Below the pieces are notes generated by a model that saw only the letters and a list, made by a program, of their open reading frames with translations, ran no database searches and was not told the origin of the DNA. Made by a program: the position numbers and the translations under genes. DNA of 64,000 bases from Vitrella brassicaformis CCMP3155 (taxonomy: Eukaryota; Protista; Chromerida), in NCBI GenBank assembly GCA_001179505.1, contig CDMY01000677.1:236753-300752 (forward strand), written 5' to 3'. This document shows, one piece after another, positions 1-12,159 of this stretch (positions are counted from its first letter, which is position 1; each line of letters begins with the position of its first letter).

Positions 1-47
1 TGAGCATCCACATCCACGAGCCCCATCCACCTGCCTGTATCCATCAG

Positions 48-2559
48 CTGGAGTCGGTCAAGGCCATGCGGGCCCGCAAGAACAACATCAACGTGCCACC
101 GCAGGTCAGCCGCGCACACCGCACCAGGCACGAGACCCATGCACCCGACCCGGCTGCCATGACTGTCTGCAGGTGTCGGCCTTCTTCGACTCGCTGGCAC
201 AGCAGGACAAGAGGGGCAGCAAGGCCAAGTCGACTCAGCCGTACTTGTCGGATGCTCAGCTGGCGGCCAGGGACAGAGAGGCGCAGCGCAGAGCGGACGA
301 GCTCATCGAGGAGGAACGGCGCGAGAAGGCAGCCAAGACCAAGAAAAACAACAAAGCCAAGAAGGGCAAGGCCCCCGAGTCGGCGACGGAGCCGTCAGTG
401 CCCTCACCAACGGCCGCACCGACCAGGTGTGAAGGAAAGCCACCCACTCCACCACCACAGACCAGACGCAACGTCTTTTCATCCGTGTGTCTGCTGTGCG
501 CAGGTCGTCGTCTACGGTAGTGGAGGAGGACGTGGAGCCGCCTGCTCCCTCCTCATCCAGTGCCGACACGTGAGCAACCAACCAATCCACTCGACGCGAT
601 GTACGCCCAACATCCATAGCATGTGTCTGAGCGGCCTCTTTTGTAGGTCGGTTCCGTCGGTTGCACCTGCAGCGGACGGGGGGCAGCGAGAGGGATTGAT
701 CGAGCCGACGGCGAATGAGGAGAGCGACGACAACAACGGCGACAGTGACGACATGCTCATCAACTCGGCGTTCGGCCAGCATGCACGACAGAAGACCACC
801 GACAGCCACAAAACCAAGACCGGCAAACAGGGCATGAAAGACCTTCTCACACCCACCCCTCATGCGAAGCCACTGCCCCCGCCCCGCCCCTCCACCACGT
901 CCACCGAGAAGGGGCAGGGCCGTCGCGGCAAACCCCGCTTCTCCACGGCCACTGCGTGCCTCCCCGCGGCTGTGGATGGGCATCAGCACAACCACACCAA
1001 CACCAGCACCAACAAGAAACAAACAGCGGCCCCCCCGCGAGTCGGGCAAGGTTCGCTGGCCCCCTTCGCCAAGGGGATGGTGACGCTGAAGCCCCCACAT
1101 GGCAGAGGGAGTGGGCCGATGGCTCGCGGCCCACCTGTCCCGGAGGGCCCCTCTCGCTCTACGACAGCCGGGAGTGGCGCCGGCAGGGGCCTGATGTCTC
1201 TGTTTGCTAATGAGTCGACTCCACCGCCCCGCCCCCTCTCCCCGCCCCCATACCCAACACTCCCGTCAGCCGAAGAGCTCAGAAAGGCCGACCAGTGGCA
1301 GGAGCAGCAGCAGCAGGCGACATTCGAAGCCGAGTGGCCGAGGTAAGACAGACTATAGCGGTCGAAACTTCTGCACCTCTGATCTGCCTGTATGTCTGTA
1401 GTCTCCCTACTACACCTGCGTCAGCCGCTTTCGGCCCGTCGTCACCACGGCCACCTGTCAACCCACAGTGAGGCACATGATTCTGCCGATCGATAAGTGC
1501 ATTCATGAGCTGTGTCACTCATCGTTCGGTGTGCACGCAGTACTCCACCGTTGCCCGTTAGCCATGACGGCCCCATCAACATCGGCTTCTCAAGCGTTGC
1601 CCTGCCACACGATCCCATTCCTCTCTCCCCGCCCGGCTCGCCACTCCCTCTCTTGCCGATGTCGCACTCGGATGGCCCCCCCGCCGTCGCTGCTGGTGGT
1701 GAGGGGCCGTCATCTTCGGTCGACCCGTTCTACGACGACCATGACAGTGACGATGACATGCATGTGCCGCCCCCGCCGCCAATATTCGAATGGGAAGAGG
1801 ATGAGGACAGCGGCTACGGTACCCCAGCACCAGCACCAGCAGCGGCATCATCGAGTAGTGCATCCATCCCGTCTGCTGCCAACGGGAGAGCGGGTGGGTG
1901 AACACGGCACCGAACAGAGTGGCCAAGGGGCGAATCAATCATGTGTGTCATGAGCAAGGTTTGGCACGTGTGTGCTGTCCGTCCGTCTGCAGGTCTTCTG
2001 AGGGCCATGGCGATATGTACCACTTGATGCTGCAGATGCAGCTCGAGATGCAAGCCATGAGACAACAGTGAGCCAGCCGAGAGGCAGCCACCAAACGAAC
2101 CGAATGCCAGCCTTCTCCTTCGTTTCCCATTTCAGGCTCGCCCAGATGAGTGGGCAGCAGTCCTCACAGCAGCCCCCATCCAGCAGCTCGTCGGCTCCTC
2201 CACCCCCTCTCCCTCTCCCTGCCCCTCTCCCTGCCCCTGCCCCACCCACCACTCAGTCTCAGCCAAGCGGCCAGTGCTGTGTGTGTTACGGCGAGCACGG
2301 CCCGGCCACTTTCGCCTTCGTCCCCTGCAGGCATCTGTGTTTGTGCGCGCATTGCCACCAGCAGTACAAGGCCCGTCACGACCAGAAGGTGGCGCGGGTG
2401 CAGCAGCGGAACCGCACCAGGGACAAGCCGCTGCCGCTGGCGCAGTACCGATGTCCCTACTGCAATGGCGAGGCGGTGCACTCTGACACGCTTCCCAACC
2501 TCCGGCAGTGGGTGGAGCAGATTCACACGATCGACGGAGGCGACGAGCTGTGCGTTTAA
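48..2559 (+). CDS. 5'-partial multi-exon protein with a charged/coiled-coil and low-complexity middle and a C-terminal C3HC4 RING finger (probable E3 ubiquitin ligase)
   Basis: Splice acceptor at 46-47, then GT-AG introns joining LESVKAMRARKNNINVPPQ|VSAFFDSLAQQ...DREAQRRADELIEEERREKAAKTKK. The last exon (about 2136-2559) encodes CCVCYGEHGPATFAFVPCRHLCLCAHC...CPYC, a C3HC4 RING pattern. Internal exon boundaries are approximate. Confidence 0.75.
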
Positions 2560-2789
2560 GTTGAGAAGAGATGAAGGCCGTGTGTGGTGTGGGGGTGGAT
2601 TTAAGTGTTGCCGAGGGGTTTAAGTGTCGGATGTCTTCCGTCACGGGCATTTTTGCCCCTACCGCTCGCTCACTAAGTCATTCCATTGCACTACACTACA
2701 TAGCCATTCATCCATTCGTTCATTCATTCAGGTGTTTGTGTGTGTAGGTATATATATATATACGTTGTCTGTCCTGAATCAATCAATGA

Positions 2790-3127
2790 GTGCATGTGCG
2801 TACCCACTCGCTGTTCGTGTGCATGTGCGTATTTATCCAGGTCTTGTGTATGTGCTCAGACGGGGGGCGAGGGTGGGCGGAGGACATACACACAGACATA
2901 CATGTGCATGGTGTCAAGGAAGGTTGGTCTATCAACTTTCTTGTAGCCGCTGTCCCGCTGATGCACTCATCCCACCCCCTTCCTCCCTACCTGTCTGCCT
3001 GCCATGTGCGTACCTACTCGCTGTTCGTGTGCATGTGCATATTTGTCCAGGTCTTGTATTGATGTGCTCCGACGGGGTGCGTGGGTGATGGTGGACATAC
3101 GTATACGTGGTATCAAGGAAGGTGCAT
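2790..3127. repeat. Imperfect direct duplication of a roughly 130-140 bp non-coding segment (2790-2930 and 3001-3127)
   Basis: Both copies read CATGTGCGTACC(C/T)ACTCGCTGTTCGTGTGCATGTGC(G/A)TATTT(A/G)TCCAGGTCTTGT...ATGTGCTC(A/C)GACGGGG...TCAAGGAAGGT. Confidence 0.85.
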
Positions 3128-3249
3128 TCATTCACACACTCATGAATGGAATGGCACGTCAGAGTGTCCAACCAACGTTGCGGGCATCGTCATCCCTCTC
3201 TCGCACGCCAACAAACGAAAAGCAATGCAGTCATACATTTGTACACGCA

Positions 3250-5671
3250 CTACAGCTGGGACTGGTCCACCCCACTATCGTCCACACGCCTCTTCTTCGG
3301 CACCCGCTTCAACTTACGCCTCACTGCCGGCCTCTCACACGCGACCGCCCTCTCAATCCCATCTCCATCACACGACATCCCTCCCCCTCCCTCTCCCCCC
3401 GCCCCAGCCTGGCTCTCGCGAGGCCGCTTGACCAGCCGCTTGATCAGCCGCTTGTTGGCGCTGCTGCCCACCTGGCTGCCCTCCTCAACGTCGATCGGCG
3501 ATGAAGACGACATGCCCACCATGCCATTAGCATCAGCACTGACAGCAGCAGGTGCAGGTGCAGGTGCTGCTTCTGATGTTGGCTGGTTCCGGGGAGAAGG
3601 TGGAGGGGACGACGCCAGAAAGTCGCCGAAGATCTGATCGAGAATATCCCTCTCTGGCGGCTCTTCTGGTGCACCAGCTGCGGGGCCCGTAGCATCGCCG
3701 GCTGCTGCAGCTGCTGCTGGTGCTGCTGCTGGTGGGAGAGACGGTGATGGAGGGGCCTGTGGGGGTGGTGCAGGGGTGTCTTCGGGGTCATCGGATGGGA
3801 AGAAGAAGTCGTTGATGTCAAATCCTAGGACGGGCGAGGCCGGAGCGTCCGCGGCAGGTGGCTCGGGTCGCTCGGACGACCGCCTGAGCTCGAGTGCCCG
3901 CTGATCTCGCTCATAGGCGGCCTCGTGACGCCTGATCAACACACACACACACACACACACAGAGAGAGAGAGGCAGGTAGGTGTGAGAATGATTGCCCGT
4001 TGTTCAGTGCCACACCGTTTCCGGTCAGGCGCGAGGCTCTCCCACTGCTCCTGCAGGTTCCTCACCAACTCATCTACCTGCATCCATGACAACAAACAGT
4101 CGAAGAAGACGTGATAGGTCGCCACAGCAGGCATGTGCGTGTGCGTTGGTGTTTGGCTCACCTCGGCGTACGGGCATTCGCCTCGCTTGAAGACGAGCAT
4201 CTCATCCACGAAACGACTCCTGGGCGACCGCACAGCCTCCCCATTAGGAACACCCTCCTCGACCACACTGAACACACCACACAAATCGACATATGACCAA
4301 TGTTGGCAGGTGTTACCAGGTAAGTCCGCTTTCTCACCGTTTCTTCTTCTTCCTGGCGGCGGCCTTCGGTCTCAGCGGCTTTGGCCCCGCCTTGCGCTTG
4401 GCCGCCCGCCGCACCCTCTCAGGCACCACATCCACACGCCCACCACTGCTATGCCCTGCCGCCGGAGCCGCCGCCTTAGCCGAACCAGCAGCAGCGGCCG
4501 GCTGCCCTTCATCCACTGCCGCCTCCTCCCCGTCCCCATTATCGGGCCCCTGTGGTAGCTCCTGTTTGTCCAGTATCTCCTTGATGTCGGTCTCATAGAG
4601 GACGAGGACCTTCTTGGCTATCGACGGGTCGTTGTTGAGCGCCATGGCGGCCTCGTACTTGGTGGTGCTCGTCACCGCCCGCCCGTCCTTGAGGTAGCTG
4701 CCCACCACCAGGTAATCGGTGTTGCGCGTGACACTGCTCTGCACCTTGCCCCCGAGTGCCCTGACTGGCCTCTCCGCGTCCTTCCTCGTCAGCTTCTTCA
4801 GCTCGCCCGTGAAGACAAAGCTAGCTCCAGCAAAGGGGTACTCGCGTGTCGGGAGCTCGGGCTCCTTCTTGGGCTTCCTGGGACCCCTCCTTGCCTTGGC
4901 CTTGGCCTTGCCCTTGGCGCCCGCTGCTGTCCCAAAGCTCAGGGGAATGCGGCGGGGACCACTCCCGCTGGTTTTCGCCCCTGGATGTGGCTGCCTATCG
5001 TCTTGTGGTGCGGCCTGGGGCGCAAGCTGGGCAGCGAGGGGCGCGTCGTCATCCCATAGCAGCGGGTCGGTGGTCCCCCTGGCATTGTTGGCGTCAACAG
5101 CGTGGTCGCTGGATGGCGTCACCATGTCGATTGGTGGAGGGGGAGGGGCAGACGCACGGGGAGGGATGGGAGGAGGGGCAGGGGAGGGAGCGGGGCAGAC
5201 CATGCCCGCCGGGTGATGCAGACAGGCGCGGCTGATCATTCCGATGATGTGGTGGCAGATGCCGTACTCTAGAAACACGTGGCAGTCGCTGCACGCCTTG
5301 TCCACCAAAGCCAGCTCATCGCCATAGCGCAAGGCCGCACGCACTTCATGAGAACGACCGCTGCTGCTCTTGGTGGAGCTGCATCGGCTTGATAGCACCC
5401 ACTGCCTGCCGCCATCCACCTCGTTGGTCGTGTTGCGAGCAGAGAGGTTGCTGATGAGCTCCGGTTTCTTCAGTACGCCGGAGCGGACAGCCATGAGGTT
5501 GTAGAAGGTCTGTGGGACGGTCGCTGACTCATGCCGAATCGGCGAAAGGTGTCCCAGGTCCTCTAACTCCTCCTCCTCCTCACGACAAATCAAAGCCGCC
5601 ACCTCCTCCTCAGTCACAGTGGCTCTGTGATGCCAATACGGCTCCTCCAAATCAGTATTCTGCGGTTCCAT
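3250..5671 (-). CDS. SWIM-type Zn finger + BRCT + HMG-box-like protein with an acidic/Pro-rich tail
   Basis: ATG at 5671. Exon 1 contains [17 protein letters not shown] (SWIM-like) and [45 protein letters not shown] (RFC1/LigA-type BRCT). The apparent stop at 4334 lies within a CG|GTGAGA donor. Splicing continues in frame into [22 protein letters not shown]|[21 protein letters not shown]|[10 protein letters not shown] (HMG-box pattern). Confidence 0.7.
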
Positions 5672-5783
5672 CGTGAATTCATACACAATTCAAAAACTGA
5701 GGACATTAGCTCGCAAGCTCGCAACAACGGTTCAGCCGTTGGTGGGCGTCTTCTTTTGGGCGCCTTTTGCATCACGCCGAGTG

Positions 5784-7000
5784 ATGGCGAAGCGTGTCTG
5801 CACGGAGGATGCTTTGGCGGCCTCCTCGGCCGCCTCCCACACGTCGCAAAGCCGCTTCCCCGACGTCCTTGGTGAGGCGGGCATTGTTCTGGCGGACTTC
5901 ACGACTGCACCGGACCTGTACGCCTTCAGACGGACCTCACGCGCGGCCACACACCAGCTGAGTGCCAACTACCTCGTCCAGCGCATCAGCCGGTGCTCAC
6001 CGACCAGCAGCCGTGTGAGGCCGGCGGACGTGCAGCGTGTGGGGTCCAAGGCGGTGCTTGACGGCCGGGCGGACAGCCTCAAGCAGTACAGCCTCTTCGG
6101 CCACCTGCTGGGGCAACATGAAGTGATAGCCCTCCGCCAGATCGACGGCATCGAGCAGCTGGGTGAGACACTGGTGACTGTCTACACACAGCAGACGCTC
6201 CCCGTCAACCATGAGTTCATCGGTTCATTTGACCCAACAGATCCTGTCGTGAGAGGTGAGGGACCGCGAATGCATGCAAGTGGCATGGCAGAACAGGGGA
6301 TGCCAAATTGTGTGCTATGGTGTGTGTTCCGTTCCCTTCAGCGAACAACGAGGTGGATTACATGAGTTTCCGACAGCTGGCCATCACGCGGTAAGTAAGG
6401 CGACACGACCCATGGAAGCCACTTGTACACATGTGGATGATCCGTCTGTGTGCCTTTGCCTAGTTTTCCGTCCCAGGAGCGGAGGATGTGTTATCGCAGC
6501 ATCCGGCAAGGCCTATACGCTCAGTTTCGGCACATGTTGCGGCGAGCTGCCGATCTGCTGACACAAGTAGGCCAACTACCGAGATCAACTGCTATGTCGG
6601 GGGTGCCTGTCTCTTCTCATCGTTGCAGGCCGCCATTCCCTGGGGCCGTCAGATCAGGCTGGTGAGAGTCGACCATGGGCGGCGGAGCGGCTCCATCTAC
6701 CTATGCGGAGAGGGCAAGGATGACACCTTTGCTGCCTGCGTGACCCTCCGTAGTCGCGACGACCGCTGTTGCACGATTGACCTCTACACGACTGAGACTC
6801 CCCAGCCGCACCAGGAGGGCCCCCTCCGCTTCCCCCAGACACTGCAGCTGGCCCGTCAGCTGCTGGGCAATGACGAACAGACGCTCTTTGGCGATTTGGC
6901 GATACAAGTGCGCGCCTTCGGCCCGCTGCCGAGGAAAGTTATGGCGTTGATGGCCGCGGGCATGACAAAAGCACAAGCCTGGGCCACGGTTGCACCCTAG
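5784..7000 (+). CDS. Lineage-specific uncharacterised protein (paralog of 49173-50386)
   Basis: MAKRVCTEDALAAS... multi-exon. It shares QTLPVNHEFIGSFDPTDP and IYLCGEGKDDTFAA...LYTTETPQPHQEGPLRFPQTLQLARQLLG with the gene at 49-50 kb. Confidence 0.65.
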
Positions 7001-7417
7001 CAGGGAACAGGAGGATGACAGCTAGGAGAAGGCAGGGACGGTGGGGCGATTAACCTGACAGTGAAAGGGTCAAGCGATGCGAATCATTTGACTCTCCACG
7101 AATAGCCAAATAGCTTGATTGAATGGCGTGTGTGAGGTCTGGTGTCACATCCATGTCGTTCTTGTCGATGGCTGTGCCGCTGGCTGGTCGTGGAACATGG
7201 GTACTCTTGTCGTGTCTCCGATGAGTGGACGCGAGAATGTTCTGACGACATGCAATGATGCATTGTCCTTAAGCGCACTGACTTGATGAACGCACCGAGA
7301 CACGTCAGCAAGCAAAGTCATGACTTGGCAAAACATAAAACGCAGACGTAGGATCACAGGCATCGTGGTGGATGCCTCGGGCACATACATGCAATGACGT
7401 CTGCTCAGAATGAATGG

Positions 7418-9422
7418 CTTGATGGTACTGCTGCCAAATGGGGTCGGGATTGTCTGTCAGGCCGGGGGCGGGGGGGAGGTGCCGGTCCACTGTGTTGCGG
7501 CGACAGAAGCTGGGCGGCTTCTCGCCCTCTGGCACCACCTGACAAAGACAGATTGATGCTCACAGGTGGATTACACAGAAGTAGCTGGGACATGGCTGTT
7601 TTGTGTGTACCTGTGGTGGTCTGCTGCTGCTGCCGTCTTTGTCCTGTGTTGATGTGGCTGGCTCGTCCTCTTCAGCCGTGAGGGTGTCAAAGTCATCCTC
7701 TGCATCATCATCTGCAGCAACCGACGCACACTCATGTGCCACCATATGATGCCTGCCGAGTGAATGTGTCCCTTGCGTCCGTCGAGGGCCGCATCGAGAA
7801 GCGCTTCCACCCTACAGGCAGGCAGGCAGACAGATATCACAGCTGTGACACATCCACGTGTGTGTGACCATGGTCATGTAGGTCGCACACTCGTCGTCTG
7901 CCTCCTGAATGGCCGCGTCTCGCCGGGAATCCTCACACCCTGAACCAAACACACAGCCAGCATCCACCAGCTTGGTCGAGGCAGCTTTCTCTCCGAGGCA
8001 TCACCATGTTGGCTGGCTGTGCGCTGCAGGTCGCTGTATCGCTGACACACTCGGCCGAGCTTCCACTGGTGCACCGCTGCACGGGGGGCACCTGGTGGGG
8101 TGAGTGACACACACAAAGGTCAATGAGCTGGACACACGAGACGGGTGATTAATGACCACTGACCATCTTCCCCAATGCCTTTCTGGTAGCAAATCAGTCC
8201 GTTCGGATGAATCACAGACACATTGCCTGACAGACAGACAGACAGACAGACAGAGAGTGGGTGACGGACGTCTCAAGGTCTAATGGCGTGTTCCCTGGCC
8301 GGCCTACATGTGGTGTCGAGTTGGTGCGCCTTGTCGGGGCTGTAGAGGCGGAAGACCTTCCGCCCACGCAGCAACACATACAGATTGTCGTGCTGCACAC
8401 ACACAACTAACGAAATGCAAAGGACATGACGGTTGGCTGTGCATCTGTCTCACAAAGTCATGGTGGAGTCCACTGGTGGTGCCAGCGCGGCTCTGCCCCA
8501 TCCACACGTTGTACTGATACGGCAAGAGGTGACTGCACAAGCAGACGAACAACAGTGTGCCGCGGAGAGAACAACTGGTTGTTTCCATCCTCTCCTACCC
8601 GAACAGCTTGGGCCTCAACGGCACATCAGCGAGCAGGGCGGACGCGGGATGCCCAGTGAGCGACACAGGACCTGCTCTCAACACCCAAGACCCGGTGGAC
8701 ACAGCCATCAACAGAGTCCATCAGAGTGGTGTGTGTTGACTGACCGGTGCCTGTCTCGTCTATCGTCTGTGTGGTCAAGTAGAGATCCTCACGACCTGCA
8801 CCCAACATGCAGCCAGCACAATCAGCGGCCAAGTGGCTTCGTGGCTGCATCCAAAGTGGATCGCTTGCCTTTATCGAGCTCATCGAGGAAAGCACCGAAG
8901 GCCATCCTTACTTTGCGGCCCTCACCTGCACGGCCACAAAAGACAAAGCGATGACCGAACTCTACTCCTGCCCATCCCTCACCAAATTGGTCAAAGTCAT
9001 TCCGCCGGTGCTCGACATCGACAAACGAATCACCGGCCCTCTGTCGCAAATAGCTGTTCGTCCACCGCTGGAGACCCTTGAATTCGCCGCTCAATGAGTC
9101 AGTGAGCACCACTGGCATTCGCCACTTGACGAACTGATAGAAGAAATCACCAGCAGAGAGAGAGGCCAGGGGCACACCCTCAATGGGCCAAAACACATCA
9201 GGCGAGAACCTGAATCGACAGGCACAAAGTGCACCAACAGAGGAGCAATGGGAGGTGTGTGCTCGGGTGTGCTCGTCCAGCGGCTTCCTTCTTTGCATCG
9301 TCGAACTCACTCACTCACCCTTTGTATGTGACGACGGCGTCTTGACATCTTTTGCCTCTTTCTGCCCTGTTTGTGAAGATCTGCTCATCCCGCTGCCTTC
9401 TCGGCTTCTTGCGATGCTTCAT
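7418..9422 (-). pseudogene. JmjC (cupin-like 2OG/Fe(II) oxygenase), copy A, 3'-truncated
   Basis: MKHRKKPRRQR... and GLHHDF|HDNLYVLLRGRKVFRLYSPD (HxD motif). Homology to copy B stops abruptly at 7418, so the exon carrying YLPASWFHEV (third iron ligand) and AFNYWF is absent. Confidence 0.75.
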
Positions 9423-9520
9423 TTTCACTCCTCACAACAGCTAAGCTCGCAGACCTCGGGCAGGGTTTCGGAGCCACTCTCTCTCAGCCGCGCAGATCTC
9501 GCAGGTCTGGCTTACCAGCA

Positions 9521-12159
9521 ATGTCGAGCAGGGAGGAGCCCAACTTGGAACGGCTTCTGCAGTCGCTGCTGCCTCGTCTGGCCGCCTTGCCCACCACTCA
9601 TGAGCGGCTGCGAGTCGTCAGCCCCCTCGACATCATTGACCACAGCATCCCTGAGTCAGCCACAACGACCCCTTTCGGCCACACGCCCCGCGTCAAGATC
9701 AGGATCTTCCGCAAAGTGCGAGCATTCGGCTTCCGGGACGTGGCTGTCGTCGGCCACTACTATGGATCTATGCCGCGGGTGGAGGACCGATTTGCGCAGC
9801 TGCTGCGGGCCGAGGAGCCGCGGATGAGCGGCTGCTGGTTCATGCTGGGAACAGGTGGGCAAAAGGGCCATAGTGAGGGTTCACATTCGTGTCATGATGA
9901 GAAGTGCTCTGTGCTTTGTCAGGCGACGATGAGGCGTTGTCACGGCTGGAGGCGTCCGGCATCCCCAATGTGATGCTCGACTACACATTCCGCAACCCCT
10001 GCACAGGCAGCAGCTCACTCGACAGCCTCAAGACCACCATCGGCCGCATCCATGAGCACTTCAAACAGCTCGACAGGGAGGTGGGCATGGCTGCCGACAA
10101 TGACGGCATGCCTCACTTGGACGACCAGGCGAGTCAGTCGGGCTACCGGGAGCTGAAGCGCGATCACCTGTACATCAACTTTGTGGATCTGCTGGACTTC
10201 AACATCACCATGGACGCGCCAGAAGTGAAGGTGGGACCTCACCGGTGACTGTGATTGCCAGAGGACGATACTCATGCATTCCATGTGGCGCTTTCCATGT
10301 GCAGAAAGTGATGGATTACCTGTCGTCTGAGAGAATACCGATTCTGAAAGGCATCTGTTTTGAGGGTGCGAGAGGCATTGCGTTTGCTGATGAGTACGGC
10401 GATGTGACTCAGCGCCTCCGGTGAGCGCCAAGACAGAGCAGTGCACTGAGCCCACTGTACTTGTTATTCTGTCTCCAGCGCCTTGTTCCCTGCGAGTGAC
10501 TTCAAGTTGCTGGTGCACTCACACGCTGGGCCGCACGGCGACAACTCACAGGCGGCGGCATTGGAGTGTGTCCGTCGGGGGGCAGACGGCGTCTGGGCAG
10601 GCTTCATCCCTCAGGCCGCACAGACGGGCCACAACTGCTCATTGCAGTATCTGGGCTACCTGCACAGCTCCGGCAACAACCAAGTCGCGCAACTCTACAA
10701 TCTAAACACGGTGAGATAACAGGGGCGGGCCATCCGGCATCCAGAACAATATTCTAAGATGCCGCGTTGTGTTGTTCTGCAGGCTGTTGAGACGGCCCGA
10801 TCGCTGCATGAGTTGAGTTTCCCCGGCGAGCCCATCCCAGCCGACTGCCCCATCTTCGGCAGCAACGCCTACTCGTGGGTCCACAGCGTCTTCAGACACG
10901 ACAGACGGACACCGAGAGGGCTGCCTGCACGAGCGGTGAGCCAGCGGCAAGCACTAGGTAGCACTAAGAGAGGACATAGACACGTGTGTTGCTCCCCGTC
11001 AACAGGTTGGTGCGACAGAGGGTGCGCGGTTTGCTGGCATGACGACCGATGTCGACATGCTCATCCAGCGACTGGACGGCCTCATTGGCAGCGATTTTTC
11101 TTCGATGCAGCCTGATGCGAAGAAGGTCTCCGCATTGGGCGTTGTGACAGCGATCCAGCTCCTGCTGAGTAAAGAACATCAGTGCAACTTCAACGACCCC
11201 GACAACCTCAGATACATCTACAGACACGTGAGAGGAGCAGTAAAGGCAGAAGCAACAGAGAGAAGACGGGAGATGACTTTCGTTGTGCTTGTAGGTCGAC
11301 AAGGTGGGTTTTGGCGTTTCTGACACGGCCTCTCTCATCAAGAGGCCACACATACGCCATCTGCGGCAGTGGCTGAGACGGCCCTCCCAAGATGCGCGTC
11401 TCCAACTGCTCTACAGGTGAGAGGAGAGGTGTGTGAACCAAGCAGTGAATACGCGAAGAGGACTGTCTCTCTTGTCTGTCAGGTCGACACGTGATGGTGA
11501 CAGCTTTGATGACCTCATGAGCAAGGTGGGGTCGGCTCGCGGTCTGCTGTTCGCCGTCAAGCACAACAACAACAAGTTCGGCGTCTTCTTCGACGGCTCC
11601 CTCAACCAACCGAGCGACCCGAAATCCGACCAGACGACCAGAGGCGACCTCTTCTTTTCGCTCAGCGGCAGCTTCCCTCAGCCCACACAGATCCACCCAT
11701 CGCAAGACAGACAGCGGGTGGATGTAGCCGGGAGGGACGGGGCTGTGCAGGGGACCGGCGGGGCATCCGGCAAGATCGTGATGGCAGATGGCTACCTCTG
11801 GCTGGCGTATTCGAGGTCGTCCACTCCGTCGCCCTCCATCCTCAGCTGCCATCACTGGATCGACAAAGACATCACACCACCAGGCTTCACCGGCGGAGAG
11901 AGCTCTGACGGTAGAAACATTCTGGCAGACACCATGGGCTTCACGGCTGACGTCATTGAAGTGTATCAGGTGGGTGCGAAATACACGCACGTGCACGTCA
12001 GCGATCATCCCTGCGGTGTGCTATGTGTGTCAGGTGGTGAGAGGCCCCTTCCCTGCCATCGATCGTGACGCCCTCCTGCCCCTGCCCGTCGACTTCCCCA
12101 AACCTCTTCCTGCGAGTGCTCTGTCGTCGCCCGAGAGGACGTGCCGCAGACCAGCCTGA
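9521..12159 (+). CDS. DRE-TIM/HMGL-like TIM-barrel domain fused to a C-terminal TLDc domain, copy A (appears intact)
   Basis: N-terminal IIDHSIPES..GHT..KIRIFRKVRAFGF, LVHSHAGPHGDNSQAAALECVRRGADGVWAGFIPQAAQTGHN (HxH...G.d.v...G.N of the LeuA/HMGL fold) and PIFGSNAY. C-terminal RLQLLYR|STRDGDSFDDLMSKVGSARGLLFAVKHNNNKFGVF...LFFSLSG...FTADVIEVYQV is a TLDc signature. The exons I checked splice in frame. Confidence 0.75.
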
